A model generated the notes under the pieces. The model was not told the origin of the DNA, made no database searches, and saw only the letters and a list, made by a program, of their open reading frames with translations. Positions 48,389-59,645 of a DNA stretch of 64,000 bases are shown piece by piece. Made by a program: the position numbers and the translations under genes. The stretch's first letter is position 1. Each line of letters opens with the position of its first letter. The stretch is from a virus. Location of the stretch: IMG/VR virus record IMGVR_UViG_3300029258_005404. One strand, written 5' to 3'.

Positions 48389-50089
48389 TTAAGTATTGCT
48401 GTGCATATATAGAGTAAATGACGCATGTCTATAAATACCTTTTAAACCGCCAACAGAAAACCCACTCGATGTTAATCCGGACGCAGTTGGTATACTGCAA
48501 ATAAACGATCCTGGTTCAGCTGTTGAAAGTTCAATTTCACCAACAAGTCTTTTTACGGCAGGTGACCCACCATCATTAAAAGGACATACTGCTGATGAAG
48601 GACCTGTGATATTGGATAATGATGCCGGGCGCCCATTTGAATAAAATGCATAAGATAAATTATTATTGTTAGATATTCCGTTACCAGCTTGTATCCAAAC
48701 ATCAACATGGCTACCAAGCCTTTGTGCCCCGGCATATACATCAAACGGTGTACCAACATCAGATACAGTTAATAAAAATCCGGAAACAACAGGCCGCTTT
48801 TCATACTGATAAAACGCGATATCCTGAAACATTACTATATCAACATCAGGTGGTGTTCCGGGCCCAGTTCTAACACTTCCAAGCCTTTGCCATTTGGTAA
48901 AACCACCTGCTACCACATTAGTAGATGCCATTAAATTTACTGCTGTTAATGATGTGTCAAACCCTACATCGGCGGCACCAGTTCCAGGGTTTGAAATAAC
49001 GAAAACCCAATATGTTGTATTTGCAGTAAGTGACACACCATCGGCCCTTCCGCCATTATCATCCCCTACAGTAAATCCCTGATCAAGATTTTTTGTTATA
49101 CTAGCATCAAGAGTTATTCTTTCTTCTTTTGTAGAATCTAAACACGTACCCTCTTTAACATGAAGCTTTTTAGACCCTCCAGACTCTAATGGAAATCTCC
49201 AGCTTAAATGTAAACCTTCAATAGGTGTATGCATTGTGCTTACAAATATTCTTCCACCGGTTGTTTCTTTATATTTACCTGACTCCATTGTTGCACCTGA
49301 AACTTCACCAGATGCTTCTATATCAGCACCATCGATATTACCAAACACAACACTTGAGCCTATTGATACAAGTTGGTCAAGTTCAGATACTGCATACCAT
49401 TTTGAAGTAGAAATAGCATCTTGAATATTAGCAATTTGAGACATCTGCCAACCAGAAATATTATCAGCAGCCTCCTGAAGCGAATCAACCAAAAGAGGCC
49501 CCACTCCTCCGTCAAGAGCATTTATCGCAAGATAGTCAACCAATTGTGTATAATTTTTTATAGAAGCCCAAACTGAAGTGTGGTCCTCTATCCATAAATC
49601 ATTAATAAACGCCGTATTATATCCTGCATATGATCCATATATATACCCCAACCATGAAGCATTTCCAACTTCAAACTTATAACCACTACTAATCTCCACA
49701 GTAGTACCTATAACAAGCTTGGGAAGGTGGTAGCTATAAGAAGATGTATTCGCGGTTAAATTTACCATTGGTCCGCCGGCGCTATTTAAATATAAAGAGC
49801 CATATTGCGTCGCAACTGATTGAAGAATTGCTGCATATCCACTGAAATCACTCGCCCATACATGAAGAGATCCGGCACCAATCACTGAAGATTCTACTAA
49901 TGCTATTCTATCAGTAATTCCAATAGTAAATGCAGAGCCATCAATAGATCCGGTCCCTCCAGTACCAGCATCATGAGGAACTGCAAAATGATCTGTATAC
50001 AATCCGTCTATCCAGTTTATTTCTCCACCAAATATTTTATTACCTGATATCGAATTGTCCAGTATTTCTCTTTGTACGAACGTATTCAT
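48389..50089 (-). CDS. Tail fibre-like protein
   Basis: Contains the common phage tail module EGTCLDS...TKNLD...GGRADG...NTTYWVFVI...D.GF...WQRLGSVRT. Confidence 0.6.
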   Translation of the reverse strand: MNTFVQREILDNSISGNKIFGGEINWIDGLYTDHFAVPHDAGTGGTGSIDGSAFTIGITDRIALVESSVIGAGSLHVWASDFSGYAAILQSVATQYGSLYLNSAGGPMVNLTANTSSYSYHLPKLVIGTTVEISSGYKFEVGNASWLGYIYGSYAGYNTAFINDLWIEDHTSVWASIKNYTQLVDYLAINALDGGVGPLLVDSLQEAADNISGWQMSQIANIQDAISTSKWYAVSELDQLVSIGSSVVFGNIDGADIEASGEVSGATMESGKYKETTGGRIFVSTMHTPIEGLHLSWRFPLESGGSKKLHVKEGTCLDSTKEERITLDASITKNLDQGFTVGDDNGGRADGVSLTANTTYWVFVISNPGTGAADVGFDTSLTAVNLMASTNVVAGGFTKWQRLGSVRTGPGTPPDVDIVMFQDIAFYQYEKRPVVSGFLLTVSDVGTPFDVYAGAQRLGSHVDVWIQAGNGISNNNNLSYAFYSNGRPASLSNITGPSSAVCPFNDGGSPAVKRLVGEIELSTAEPGSFICSIPTASGLTSSGFSVGGLKGIYRHASFTLYMHSNT

Positions 50090-50097
50090 AACTACTC

Positions 50098-50505
50098 CTA
50101 ATTTTGACCTTGCCGCAATATAAGAGTCAAATTATTGAGTGTGATAACTCCAGACTCAGACCAGTCTCTTCTATTAAATCTTATATCTGAATTAGAACCA
50201 TACCCTCCAACCGTTCCAGAAAGTGCAGTTACTTGTCCTGGAATTGCAGGGTTTTCTCCATCAATAGAAAATTCAGCAACTCTTCCACTCGTAATAACAG
50301 ATGCTTTTAATGAATAACTGCCATCTAAAGCTTTGAATCTATATTGGGCATCAGAGCCAATAGATTCAAGTTCGTCAAATGGCATTTCTGCCAATGTGAT
50401 ACCAGAATCATCTTTGAAAACAATTAATTTAGGTGAAGATCCATGCTCCAAAGATATTTTTATTATCTCAAGCATCTCCGTTCTTATATCGATATAAACT
50501 TGCAT
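50098..50505 (-). CDS. Putative virion structural protein
   Basis: 135 aa beta-rich, AAGGA SD. Confidence 0.55.
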   Translation of the reverse strand: MQVYIDIRTEMLEIIKISLEHGSSPKLIVFKDDSGITLAEMPFDELESIGSDAQYRFKALDGSYSLKASVITSGRVAEFSIDGENPAIPGQVTALSGTVGGYGSNSDIRFNRRDWSESGVITLNNLTLILRQGQN

Positions 50506-50536
50506 ATTAAAAGTCCTTTATTATAACTTTAATATA

Positions 50537-53182
50537 CTATACGAGTTTCATAGAAGCACTTGGAAAATATTTACCAAATGTAGCACCAGGGACAATATAG
50601 GTAATCTCCAAAATATCAGATTCAAGATTGATTCCATTGAATCTCCTGAAATGATCAAAATCTACCCATCCCGGGAAAATCGCCTTATCAACAACAGAAA
50701 CGTTCCTTGCTATTATATCATATTGATTAAGTACATCGCCAACATCATAAACAGTATCTATCGGTGAATCAAGATATGCTTTGTAATATTTCTGAGTGCT
50801 AAGATATAAATGAATGAATTTATGTGTCGGCCACGAAAAGTGTGCAAATCCTGCACGTACGTTTTCAGTTGTAATACCAATATAATCATTATATACAGTG
50901 CCATCTACGTCAGAGCGCGCATACACAGTCAGTCTGACCACACCACCTGCCTCATCAGCATTTGTAACACGATATACACCATTGTAATTGTTTTCAAGAT
51001 TCTCAGTTCCGTATATTAATATTTCAGGATATTGCTCTCCGTCTGAGTTTGTCTGGAGGACATCAATGACGTGCTGAATAGCACCAGCCCCTTCAGGTAT
51101 ATATACATCAATATACCCAGGAGTAGATGTTGATAGATTTTCAGCATAAAAGTTTTTTATATAGAATCTATTATTTAATTTTACATAAAAAATGTCATTT
51201 ATGTCAATAGAGGATGCACTTTCAAGCTCTATTATTCCATTAGACCTATCGATAATATTTTTTATTTTTACCTCAGTTTTTCCTTCAACAAAAAATCTTC
51301 CGCCAGGCTGAATAAAATTATGCAATTCTTCATTATCAGGAATTTCTAAAGTAACATCATTTGTATCAATATTTATTACTTTGTACCCATAAGACTCATA
51401 CAAACCAAGAACATCTGATCGTTCCGGCGCAACTGGTAATCCATAATAAACATTCAATGCTCTTTCATAATCCTGTCTATTACTGGAATTTTGTAATGAT
51501 AATAATAGAGAGTTTATTCCGGCTTTTCCGGATATATTCGTGTAATTATAATCCTGCCATCTTGGCACGTTAACTACTGTACCATACATTTCAAAAAGCA
51601 TATGTTCAATTGCAGATGCTTTTGGGCAATATAAATAGGTATCAGGGGTAGCCTGCCCATTAGTAAATATATCATTGAAAAATTCTACAGTATTATTATA
51701 GAATCGATAATCTTGTCCATCAAAAAAAGGCACACCTAACTTTTGATCAAGAAAATTTTGAAGAGAAGGTAATGCATCAATATGTGAAAGAATATCATAT
51801 GTTCTTCCAGTTGTAAAATATATTGTAAATGACTCATTTCCTATATAAGATAAATCACCTTGAACTTCAATCATATAATTAAACAACGATAACGAATCAA
51901 CCCACTCCCCATATGTTAAATCGCCAACATCCCCATCAAATTCCGAATATCCTTCAAACCATTTCCACCTTTTACCATCAGGAGGATAATATCTTCCTTC
52001 ATTTTCTTCACGGTAGATATAATTAGGAAGATTTTTAAATTCAACAGCATCATCGAGCATCGTGCCCGATTCTATCATCATTGGAAATGTATCTTTGTTT
52101 TTAGGAGACCTATTTGTCACTACTGCCCATGCAGTAGGTGTTGCATTAACTATTGCCAATATGTCATCAATAGATTCAGCAGCAATCCTGTCAACTTCTA
52201 TAAGAAGACTGTTTGCTGCCCATGTTGCACTCGTGCCGCCACCATCATTATCAGTAACCAGAATTTCATATTCAGACACATCCTCAGTATAATCTTTTGC
52301 AGTAATTCCAATACGACCAACTGTGTCATCAAATTCAAAATGAACAGTTTCATTTATTTCTGCAAATGATGGTCTATCATATTTTTCTTCTGATGATAAA
52401 AGGTTATTAACCTTAAAATAACGATCTGCAATATCTTCTCTTTTAACTTGTACAATGACATAAGTATTAATAGCTATATTTCGCAATCTGTAATAATCAA
52501 CTGCAGAAATTTTAAATATATCACGATAAATAGGTTTTGTTTCAGAATCATATTCAGGTTCAATAAGTTTTACTTCAATTGGTCGCACTGTATAGTTCGG
52601 TGGTTTAATTGTAGGATCTAAATCAATTGGTTTTGAATGAAGCGGGCCAATAAGAATATCATAAAAATCTTCAAGCACACATGTCCATGCGTTTTCTGGA
52701 GCAGTTGTGCCAAGAAATCTTCTTGCTCTTTTTATTAAATCTGCGCCAGCCTGTGTTAATCCATTCCAAAAAGCCTCAAAAGATTCTCTATCAGAAGTTG
52801 AAAGGTAATTCCAGAATGTAGATAAATATTCCCAGAATGTTCTACCAGTTGTTTCTTCTTCTGCACATATAATATGAGTTCTTCTCGGTTCTATATCAGG
52901 ATTTGGAACAGGTACAAAAAAATAAAATGCACCAATACCATACCTTTCTTCGCCACCTATCCCTGTTGGGTATCCATTTGCTGATTGAAATGAATCTCCA
53001 CGCCCGGGATTTATAAAACCAAAATCTTCATATACAAAATTAAATTTATTGTATTCACTAGCATAAAATGGTCCAGGCACATTATTAGGAGCATCGGATT
53101 CAAATGAACAATTAACAAGTACTGAATTTGATAAATCAGAAGCAGGCCTATTTGTTTCAAGATTATTTATTGTAATGGTCAT
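50537..53182 (-). CDS. Baseplate wedge-like protein; first ~90 aa resemble a beta-helix C-terminal cap
   Basis: YLSTFWN...FEAFW and MYG...ALNVYYGLPVA segments typical of large-phage baseplate proteins; near the baseplate J gene. Confidence 0.55.
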   Translation of the reverse strand: MTITINNLETNRPASDLSNSVLVNCSFESDAPNNVPGPFYASEYNKFNFVYEDFGFINPGRGDSFQSANGYPTGIGGEERYGIGAFYFFVPVPNPDIEPRRTHIICAEEETTGRTFWEYLSTFWNYLSTSDRESFEAFWNGLTQAGADLIKRARRFLGTTAPENAWTCVLEDFYDILIGPLHSKPIDLDPTIKPPNYTVRPIEVKLIEPEYDSETKPIYRDIFKISAVDYYRLRNIAINTYVIVQVKREDIADRYFKVNNLLSSEEKYDRPSFAEINETVHFEFDDTVGRIGITAKDYTEDVSEYEILVTDNDGGGTSATWAANSLLIEVDRIAAESIDDILAIVNATPTAWAVVTNRSPKNKDTFPMMIESGTMLDDAVEFKNLPNYIYREENEGRYYPPDGKRWKWFEGYSEFDGDVGDLTYGEWVDSLSLFNYMIEVQGDLSYIGNESFTIYFTTGRTYDILSHIDALPSLQNFLDQKLGVPFFDGQDYRFYNNTVEFFNDIFTNGQATPDTYLYCPKASAIEHMLFEMYGTVVNVPRWQDYNYTNISGKAGINSLLLSLQNSSNRQDYERALNVYYGLPVAPERSDVLGLYESYGYKVINIDTNDVTLEIPDNEELHNFIQPGGRFFVEGKTEVKIKNIIDRSNGIIELESASSIDINDIFYVKLNNRFYIKNFYAENLSTSTPGYIDVYIPEGAGAIQHVIDVLQTNSDGEQYPEILIYGTENLENNYNGVYRVTNADEAGGVVRLTVYARSDVDGTVYNDYIGITTENVRAGFAHFSWPTHKFIHLYLSTQKYYKAYLDSPIDTVYDVGDVLNQYDIIARNVSVVDKAIFPGWVDFDHFRRFNGINLESDILEITYIVPGATFGKYFPSASMKLV

Positions 53183-53880
53183 TATGACGGACTCACATCT
53201 TTTAAAAGATTTGCCTTAATTGAACCATCATTAAGTGATAAAGGGTTATTAGAACTAGAACCGAAATCAACTTCATTTGCCCACACTGAATATCCATAAT
53301 ATTTACTGATACAATTTTGGTGTGTGGAAAAATTTACATTTCCATTACGACAATAAATCATACAATTCTTCATTGCTATTGCCGGCCCAGAACTACTTAA
53401 TATTACGTCTGTCATTTTTACGGCAACAGGGCCTGGATTGTTTTGCAACAACCCAAAGCCCTCCACCGATAAATTATTTATATAATTATCAGATTCATTC
53501 TTTATGAATGTGAAAGAGGCCGAATCAATATCCCGGGTCTCTATTAACCAGATACCATGTTGAGTAAAGCTCCACGGCCTGACAGTAACTATACCTGGTA
53601 CGGTATTTTTTATATTAATCAAATATGCTCTTGTGACAAGATTGGCCACACCTTTTGTATTTATTATATCTCCGAATGTCGGTGAAATATTACATGGATC
53701 CCCATCAGTGGGATCAAAATAATTAACAAATTGCTCATAGTTAAATGGATCGCCCTCCGATCCATCTCCCAATCCTACACGACTTAAATCGCAATAGTAA
53801 TTGCCCGGTACAAACGGGTCCCCCTCATCCTTATAATAAGGAGATTGTCCATAATCATAGTTATTGCCGTATTGGGCCAT
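53182..53880 (-). CDS. N-terminal half of a beta-helix module
   Basis: YYCDLSRVGLGDGSEGDPF start motif of pectate-lyase-like folds; homologous to the last partial module of the 2597-aa protein; no C-terminal cap. Confidence 0.6.
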   Translation of the reverse strand: MAQYGNNYDYGQSPYYKDEGDPFVPGNYYCDLSRVGLGDGSEGDPFNYEQFVNYFDPTDGDPCNISPTFGDIINTKGVANLVTRAYLINIKNTVPGIVTVRPWSFTQHGIWLIETRDIDSASFTFIKNESDNYINNLSVEGFGLLQNNPGPVAVKMTDVILSSSGPAIAMKNCMIYCRNGNVNFSTHQNCISKYYGYSVWANEVDFGSSSNNPLSLNDGSIKANLLKDVSPS

Positions 53881-54383
53881 TATTCCTCTGATTCTATTTT
53901 TTCTGTTTTATTTTCTTCAATAAAATCCCAGAATATTTCTTCTCGATTTCCATCCCATTGATCTTTGGGGAGGTGTTTTCTTTTAACAGGTATAACTGCA
54001 CTGAAATCAGGTTCAACTTCCTTATCACCAATATTTTTCATTTCTTCATTAAGTTGCTTGAAGCGTTTATCAAATTCTGGATTTTCGCCACGCACGAGAC
54101 CTATATATTGCTCTTCAGTAAGAATTAATCTGCCATTGTCATCACGGTTATATTTTCGTGCAATAACCGCTTTTCCATTTTCGTCCTTTTGACAATGTTC
54201 AACCTTAAGAGCAACAATTTCTTCATTCAAAGCTGTTTGCTCTTCACTGTAGCCTTCTACAATGGATTTAATTGCTTTTTTAACCGCAATACACATACGA
54301 TTAAATTCCCAGACTGTTTTTTTTATACCTTGTAATGAAACAATTTCATTAAACAGCCTAATAACCTCATTGGTTCTCAACAA
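53880..54383 (-). CDS. Probable tail-fibre assembly/chaperone-like helical protein
   Basis: 167 aa, charged coiled-coil, directly downstream of the tail fibre gene; TTG start (possibly the second TTG at 54380) with GGAGG SD. Confidence 0.45.
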   Translation of the reverse strand: MLRTNEVIRLFNEIVSLQGIKKTVWEFNRMCIAVKKAIKSIVEGYSEEQTALNEEIVALKVEHCQKDENGKAVIARKYNRDDNGRLILTEEQYIGLVRGENPEFDKRFKQLNEEMKNIGDKEVEPDFSAVIPVKRKHLPKDQWDGNREEIFWDFIEENKTEKIESEE

Positions 54384-54590
54384 AACCTCCTTTATTTTAT
54401 TGGTTAAACAATTTATTTGTTATGTATTTTATATAATTCTTGAGGCGTCATATCAATATACTTATCATATGAATCTTTATGTTTATTTTTCATTTTTAAC
54501 AAATCGATTGCTTTTAATTTATGGGCCTTTGATACATTTGGATTTTTTAATATTTTAATTAATTTTTCCTCTGTATATGTTTTATCCACA

Positions 54591-56609
54591 TTATACTCCT
54601 ATTTTTATGGTATTATCAGTTGTATCATGCCAGAGCTCATCAGTTGCCGCTCCAGCTCCGCCTTGTGTTGTTCCTGATTTCAAATAATAGGCAAATAAAC
54701 CACCATCATTTGCAATTCTTATTCTTTCTGCTGAACCGCCTACACCACTTTTATGCGTCCAAAAACCAATTCTTCCAGGAACATCATCGCTTCCCGAGGT
54801 ACCATCAACCTGTCCAATAATATTAGCAGCATCATTATTAAAATCACTACCATCATTTCCAATAAATCTGATATTTCCTAAAAATTCGTTATCGGCAACA
54901 ATTGAATTACTATGTATTATTGCTGTGGCGCTTTTTCTAAAATCAAGCATTGGACAATGATTATTGGATTCACTAAAACAAGATAATGCCAACCCACCAT
55001 GCCCTGATGCTTTTGTTATTTCCATCATATGTGAATATCCAAGTGGATCTGGGGTTGGTGTTCCAACCCCTATTCTACCAGTATCCATATCCATGGTTAA
55101 AATATATGGAATATTATAAGATAAATAGCTTGACTGATCATCATTTAAAGAATGAAAGGCAATGACGCCACCACCATTTCCAAGCATTGCAATTTTATTA
55201 TCAGATCCGGCAGTTCGATCGCACATGACTAAACCGTTTGCTGGTATAGTCCCACCATCAAGCGCTCTCTCACCTTCAAGAACTAAAAATGCCATTTCTG
55301 CTTCATCATCACTTACTATGTGTAATCCATGTCCATATGCTGCTAAATCACCATTAGCACTCCCAATATTATTAAGTGGATTTGCTGTCATAACTCCGAT
55401 ATAGCCACTTTGTTTAATATAAAGTGGATTATTATCATTTGGATAAAAAGCGGTAGCAACAGATTCAACCGTTTCATATAATGTAGTTCCAATTTCATGA
55501 GTAATTATTGGACTTGATGCAGGCGCATCCTTATAAACAGTTTTTCCAAAAGTATCCCAAGATGCTCCATTATAACCTTCAACAATAATTTGACCAATAA
55601 AATCACCACTGGAATAAGCTCCACCACCTCTTGATTTACGAATTCTTAAAGATGAACATGAATTATCAGAGGTATTATTTAACATATCAAAAATAGAATT
55701 TGTATCATCCCATGCTAATTTTGTTGAATCGGTAACCGCAGAACCAGATTCGAATAAAACTCTTCCAGTATTATAACTTCCTGGGGTATCAGATAATGCA
55801 AGAAATGTTGTGGCGCCGGCGTTATCATCAACATATCCTTGAGTTACAAATTTATCATTGTCAGCAGAACCAGTTGTTACTGAAATGATTCCATCAAGTA
55901 GCCCAAGCTCGCTTGTTGTAATAGCAGAGCTCTCAATTATTGCTCCGCCAGAACTAATCATTACCCTATCATTATTTAATGCAGTACTGCTGTTTGTCCC
56001 TCCTTGGGCAACTGGAACAACCGATATAAAATTAATACCATCAGGAACGCCATTAACAGCCAAAATTTTATTTGCACTTCCAGTATAATTAATCGGAGTA
56101 TCAGATAGTTCTATAAATTCATCCAATCCAGATGCGACATCGTCAACATACCCTTGTGTTACCAATTTATCATTATTTGATATTCCGGTTGAAACAGAGA
56201 CCATATTATCAAGCAACGCTAATTCAGATGTTGTAATTACACTTTCAACAATAGAGCCGCCATTACTAATCATAACCCTTCCATTATTTAAAGCAACATC
56301 ACTATTTGTTCCTCCAAGATTAATAGGAAGTTTTGCAACTGTTTGAAGTGAACCTGTCGCTAGATTGGTAACAACACCTTCCGTGGTAAGACTCAATATT
56401 TGAGCATCTCCAGCGGCACCAATCTCTATACCAGCAACACCAATCGGGCTGTATATTTTATTATGCTGATGCCCTGATACTTCTTTTCCAACGGTGATTG
56501 CGTCACCAACAACTGTATCAATAAGGTCTTCCCACGCGCTTGATTCACGCGGGGCCCATGGTTTTGGCGTATCTAAATAATTAAGGTCGAAACCTTTATA
56601 GTCTGCCAT
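54591..56609 (-). CDS. Tail fibre protein
   Basis: Gly/Thr/Ser-rich; GxVGIGT-type repeats (GYIGVMT, GRIGVGT), ERIRI motif, internal 104-aa duplication. Confidence 0.75.
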   Translation of the reverse strand: MADYKGFDLNYLDTPKPWAPRESSAWEDLIDTVVGDAITVGKEVSGHQHNKIYSPIGVAGIEIGAAGDAQILSLTTEGVVTNLATGSLQTVAKLPINLGGTNSDVALNNGRVMISNGGSIVESVITTSELALLDNMVSVSTGISNNDKLVTQGYVDDVASGLDEFIELSDTPINYTGSANKILAVNGVPDGINFISVVPVAQGGTNSSTALNNDRVMISSGGAIIESSAITTSELGLLDGIISVTTGSADNDKFVTQGYVDDNAGATTFLALSDTPGSYNTGRVLFESGSAVTDSTKLAWDDTNSIFDMLNNTSDNSCSSLRIRKSRGGGAYSSGDFIGQIIVEGYNGASWDTFGKTVYKDAPASSPIITHEIGTTLYETVESVATAFYPNDNNPLYIKQSGYIGVMTANPLNNIGSANGDLAAYGHGLHIVSDDEAEMAFLVLEGERALDGGTIPANGLVMCDRTAGSDNKIAMLGNGGGVIAFHSLNDDQSSYLSYNIPYILTMDMDTGRIGVGTPTPDPLGYSHMMEITKASGHGGLALSCFSESNNHCPMLDFRKSATAIIHSNSIVADNEFLGNIRFIGNDGSDFNNDAANIIGQVDGTSGSDDVPGRIGFWTHKSGVGGSAERIRIANDGGLFAYYLKSGTTQGGAGAATDELWHDTTDNTIKIGV

Positions 56610-56627
56610 ACAAAGCTCCTTGTTGGC

Positions 56628-59600
56628 TTATAACTTTTGCACGTTTAGGTTTACAATCCTAAAGAAATCGATTGTCCTTATTGCAAGCTCATCGGTAAAT
56701 GTACCCATTTCTTGATCCCATTCATTATTCCATTTGGTATATGAAATTTCGATAGGCTCCTGAACATTATTAACCAACTCTTCATTATAGAGATAACTAA
56801 TAAAATTACGTATCGAAAATACACCATCAATATTATCATCAACATACTTTCTTATCTCAGTTATCAACTGGTCATCATTAATATCACCAGTATAGAAAAT
56901 AGTAAAACTTAAATCACATGGAATTTTATGTTTAACAAGAACGTCTCCATATATCTTTTGATAAATAGAACCTTCAAAGAAATCTTGAATACGCTCAATT
57001 TCAGGGTATGTTCTATATTCAACGGTGATTACGTCTGCATCTGATTCATTAAGAACAATGTGCTTTTTTTCTTTTGAAGAGTTAATCATAATAGGGTCAG
57101 GATTTATTATTGTATACTCTGTTTCAGCAAGAGCTTCTGTATCACTGACAGTTGTTCCAATTGTTATTGATACTATCTCTACTACAGGCATTTTACAATC
57201 ATTTTCAAGACTCATCTCAAAATAAGTATCAATAGGTTGCTTAACAATAGTTGTAGTAACAATTTCATATTCTTCCGAATTGTTTAAGGTTGCCAAATGA
57301 ATATCAGCTTTATTATTTGCATGATATGATGCAATATTAGCACTTTCAACTTTTATATAATCAATACGAAGCAATGAGTGAATATCATCTCTAACATCCC
57401 CATTGTAACGTATCGAACCTTTAGATTTTCCAGTAGTAATAATCATGATAAAAATATTTTTACCGTATTTGCTATCAACGAGATATCTATCGAGATTAGC
57501 AATATTGTGACGCAAAAGGCCATTTGCAATACTTTTTGAACTATCAGGATTTGATATCCCATTGGCTTCAGACCAACCGCCCCTCGTTAATTCAGATGAC
57601 CCGGACGCCGCTGTTTGGACCTCTTTGTCCCATATAAAAGCCTGGTATCCATCAGCGCTTGAGCCGCTTATAGCGCTTCTACCATACGCTCTTAGGAAAA
57701 TAAAAGCCGGACTTTCAATACCATCCATATTAATTGCATAAAGAGCCATACCGGCAGATGGATTCATATCAAATGCTTTGAGATTATTGACACGCCATAC
57801 ATATTCAGGAACAAGTGTTTCAGTATCAAGGGTCACTTTCATTGTTGTCCCATATCTATTATTATATGGAGAAAGTAATCCGTTTCTATCCGGATCAGAA
57901 AATATCCCAAGAACCTTACGTGGAAGTTCAAAATGCAGCTCGTTTTCCTTTTCATCCGGATCTGATGGCTGTTGTTCACTTGTTTTATAAAGATAAAGTG
58001 ATACACGAAGATCATCGTATATAATAAATTCAAATTCGTATTCGATACCTGGCTGGATTCTAAATTCTTTCTCAGCAAGTGCTCCTATATCTGAAACAGA
58101 AATATGATCACTTATATCGAAGTCTGTTGCATATACTTGTGCTGTACCATATTTCTCATTATGGGCAAAATAAATAACAGCATTAGGGGTATCAATATCA
58201 CCATCATCGTAAATATCGACCATTCTAACACCAAACCCGACACCGGTATATCCATCAACCAGATTGGCATCATTTATACCACCAACCATAATCTGTAAAT
58301 TGCTGTTTAATATATCAGATTCAGGATCGTCTCCAGGATCAGGATAAATAAATGAACCAGTAAGTTTAACCCCCGTTCTCTTAAGGATATCTCTTCCTAA
58401 TGATATAGATTCATACGCGCCCCCGGCGAGACGTATTTCATTACTGTACATATTGATTACATTGATATTTTGCGCATCATCTGAAAGACGCCCAAAGTTA
58501 CCAGGCTTCATTCCATGAGCACCAAACCTCCATTCATCTGAATTTGGAAGTACAGATTCAAACCCTATATTTTCATCATCAATGTTATATAAATCGTTTG
58601 TAGATACTTCCATAAGTCGTTTATAATCATTAAAAAATAGACCTTTATACATATCATCAGTGCATTCCTGGTCTAAAGGAAATCCGAGGAATGCCGGATC
58701 GCTCAATCTTGGATCTGTTTGGTCTGGATTAAAAGCTGATGATGATTGCTCAATTGTGAGTGGGTATCTATAATCTGATACCGCTGAATGTGGGCCCCAA
58801 TACCTATCAGATTGAAGGCTTCCAACATTAGGTGGAAATATTCCATACCATCCAATGTGTTTAACTATATTCTCACCATTCAGCTTCCCAAGATAATCAG
58901 CTTTTTTAAAAGGGATTGATAGATCCACACCGGTAATAAGATCGCGCTGCATATACCGGTCGCCTGAACCTGCAATATACATTGCATTAATAACCGGAAA
59001 GAATTCTGGAAGAAGCACAATCATACTTTTCTTATTCATCATACTGCGATCGTTTATAGCATATACTAAACGATTAAAATATTCTTCATTAGTTTCATAC
59101 TTTGAGCCACGAATTATATTTTCTGGATTAGTTACAGAATGGTAAGTGAATTCTATATTAATAAGCTGTGTTATTTCATTGGCGTCAGTATTGTATTCGT
59201 CACCTTTTGAAACGGCAATAATTGGTATATTGATATAATACAATGCTATCCTGTTTGTTGAATTTAAAAAAGAACTTCCTGATATTTTTCCTGGCTGTGT
59301 TGGCCTGTATTGTAAACCGGAATTCGATACAAAACGTGCTATTGTTGATATTTCTATATTCTTTTTTTCATTGAAATAAATTCTTGCCAACCCTGTTGAA
59401 AAGTCTCCTTCTATTCTACCAAGAAAAAATTTATTACCAAAGATGTTTAATTCCGCATCAGTCATTGTTTCCCATAAAGAGATGTTATTAATCCTTCTTT
59501 GTTCGGAAAGAGCATTATAAAAATCAGATAAAACCAGCCCTGCAGGCTTGACTGCAAGGTCATCAATAACAGTCCCTCTCTGGCCTCTTGAATTTGAATA

Positions 59601-59642
59601 CTCAGACCATTTTTTTCTCAAAAAAGCCCAAAAATCAAACAT
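56628..59642 (-). CDS. Baseplate J-like (gp6-like) protein with large insertion
   Basis: N-terminal IDDLAVKP...FFLGRIEGDFSTGLARIYF...GLQY and VTNPENIIRGSKYETNEEYFNRL match the baseplate J pattern. Confidence 0.75.
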   Translation of the reverse strand: MFDFWAFLRKKWSEYSNSRGQRGTVIDDLAVKPAGLVLSDFYNALSEQRRINNISLWETMTDAELNIFGNKFFLGRIEGDFSTGLARIYFNEKKNIEISTIARFVSNSGLQYRPTQPGKISGSSFLNSTNRIALYYINIPIIAVSKGDEYNTDANEITQLINIEFTYHSVTNPENIIRGSKYETNEEYFNRLVYAINDRSMMNKKSMIVLLPEFFPVINAMYIAGSGDRYMQRDLITGVDLSIPFKKADYLGKLNGENIVKHIGWYGIFPPNVGSLQSDRYWGPHSAVSDYRYPLTIEQSSSAFNPDQTDPRLSDPAFLGFPLDQECTDDMYKGLFFNDYKRLMEVSTNDLYNIDDENIGFESVLPNSDEWRFGAHGMKPGNFGRLSDDAQNINVINMYSNEIRLAGGAYESISLGRDILKRTGVKLTGSFIYPDPGDDPESDILNSNLQIMVGGINDANLVDGYTGVGFGVRMVDIYDDGDIDTPNAVIYFAHNEKYGTAQVYATDFDISDHISVSDIGALAEKEFRIQPGIEYEFEFIIYDDLRVSLYLYKTSEQQPSDPDEKENELHFELPRKVLGIFSDPDRNGLLSPYNNRYGTTMKVTLDTETLVPEYVWRVNNLKAFDMNPSAGMALYAINMDGIESPAFIFLRAYGRSAISGSSADGYQAFIWDKEVQTAASGSSELTRGGWSEANGISNPDSSKSIANGLLRHNIANLDRYLVDSKYGKNIFIMIITTGKSKGSIRYNGDVRDDIHSLLRIDYIKVESANIASYHANNKADIHLATLNNSEEYEIVTTTIVKQPIDTYFEMSLENDCKMPVVEIVSITIGTTVSDTEALAETEYTIINPDPIMINSSKEKKHIVLNESDADVITVEYRTYPEIERIQDFFEGSIYQKIYGDVLVKHKIPCDLSFTIFYTGDINDDQLITEIRKYVDDNIDGVFSIRNFISYLYNEELVNNVQEPIEISYTKWNNEWDQEMGTFTDELAIRTIDFFRIVNLNVQKL

Positions 59643-59645
59643 ACT

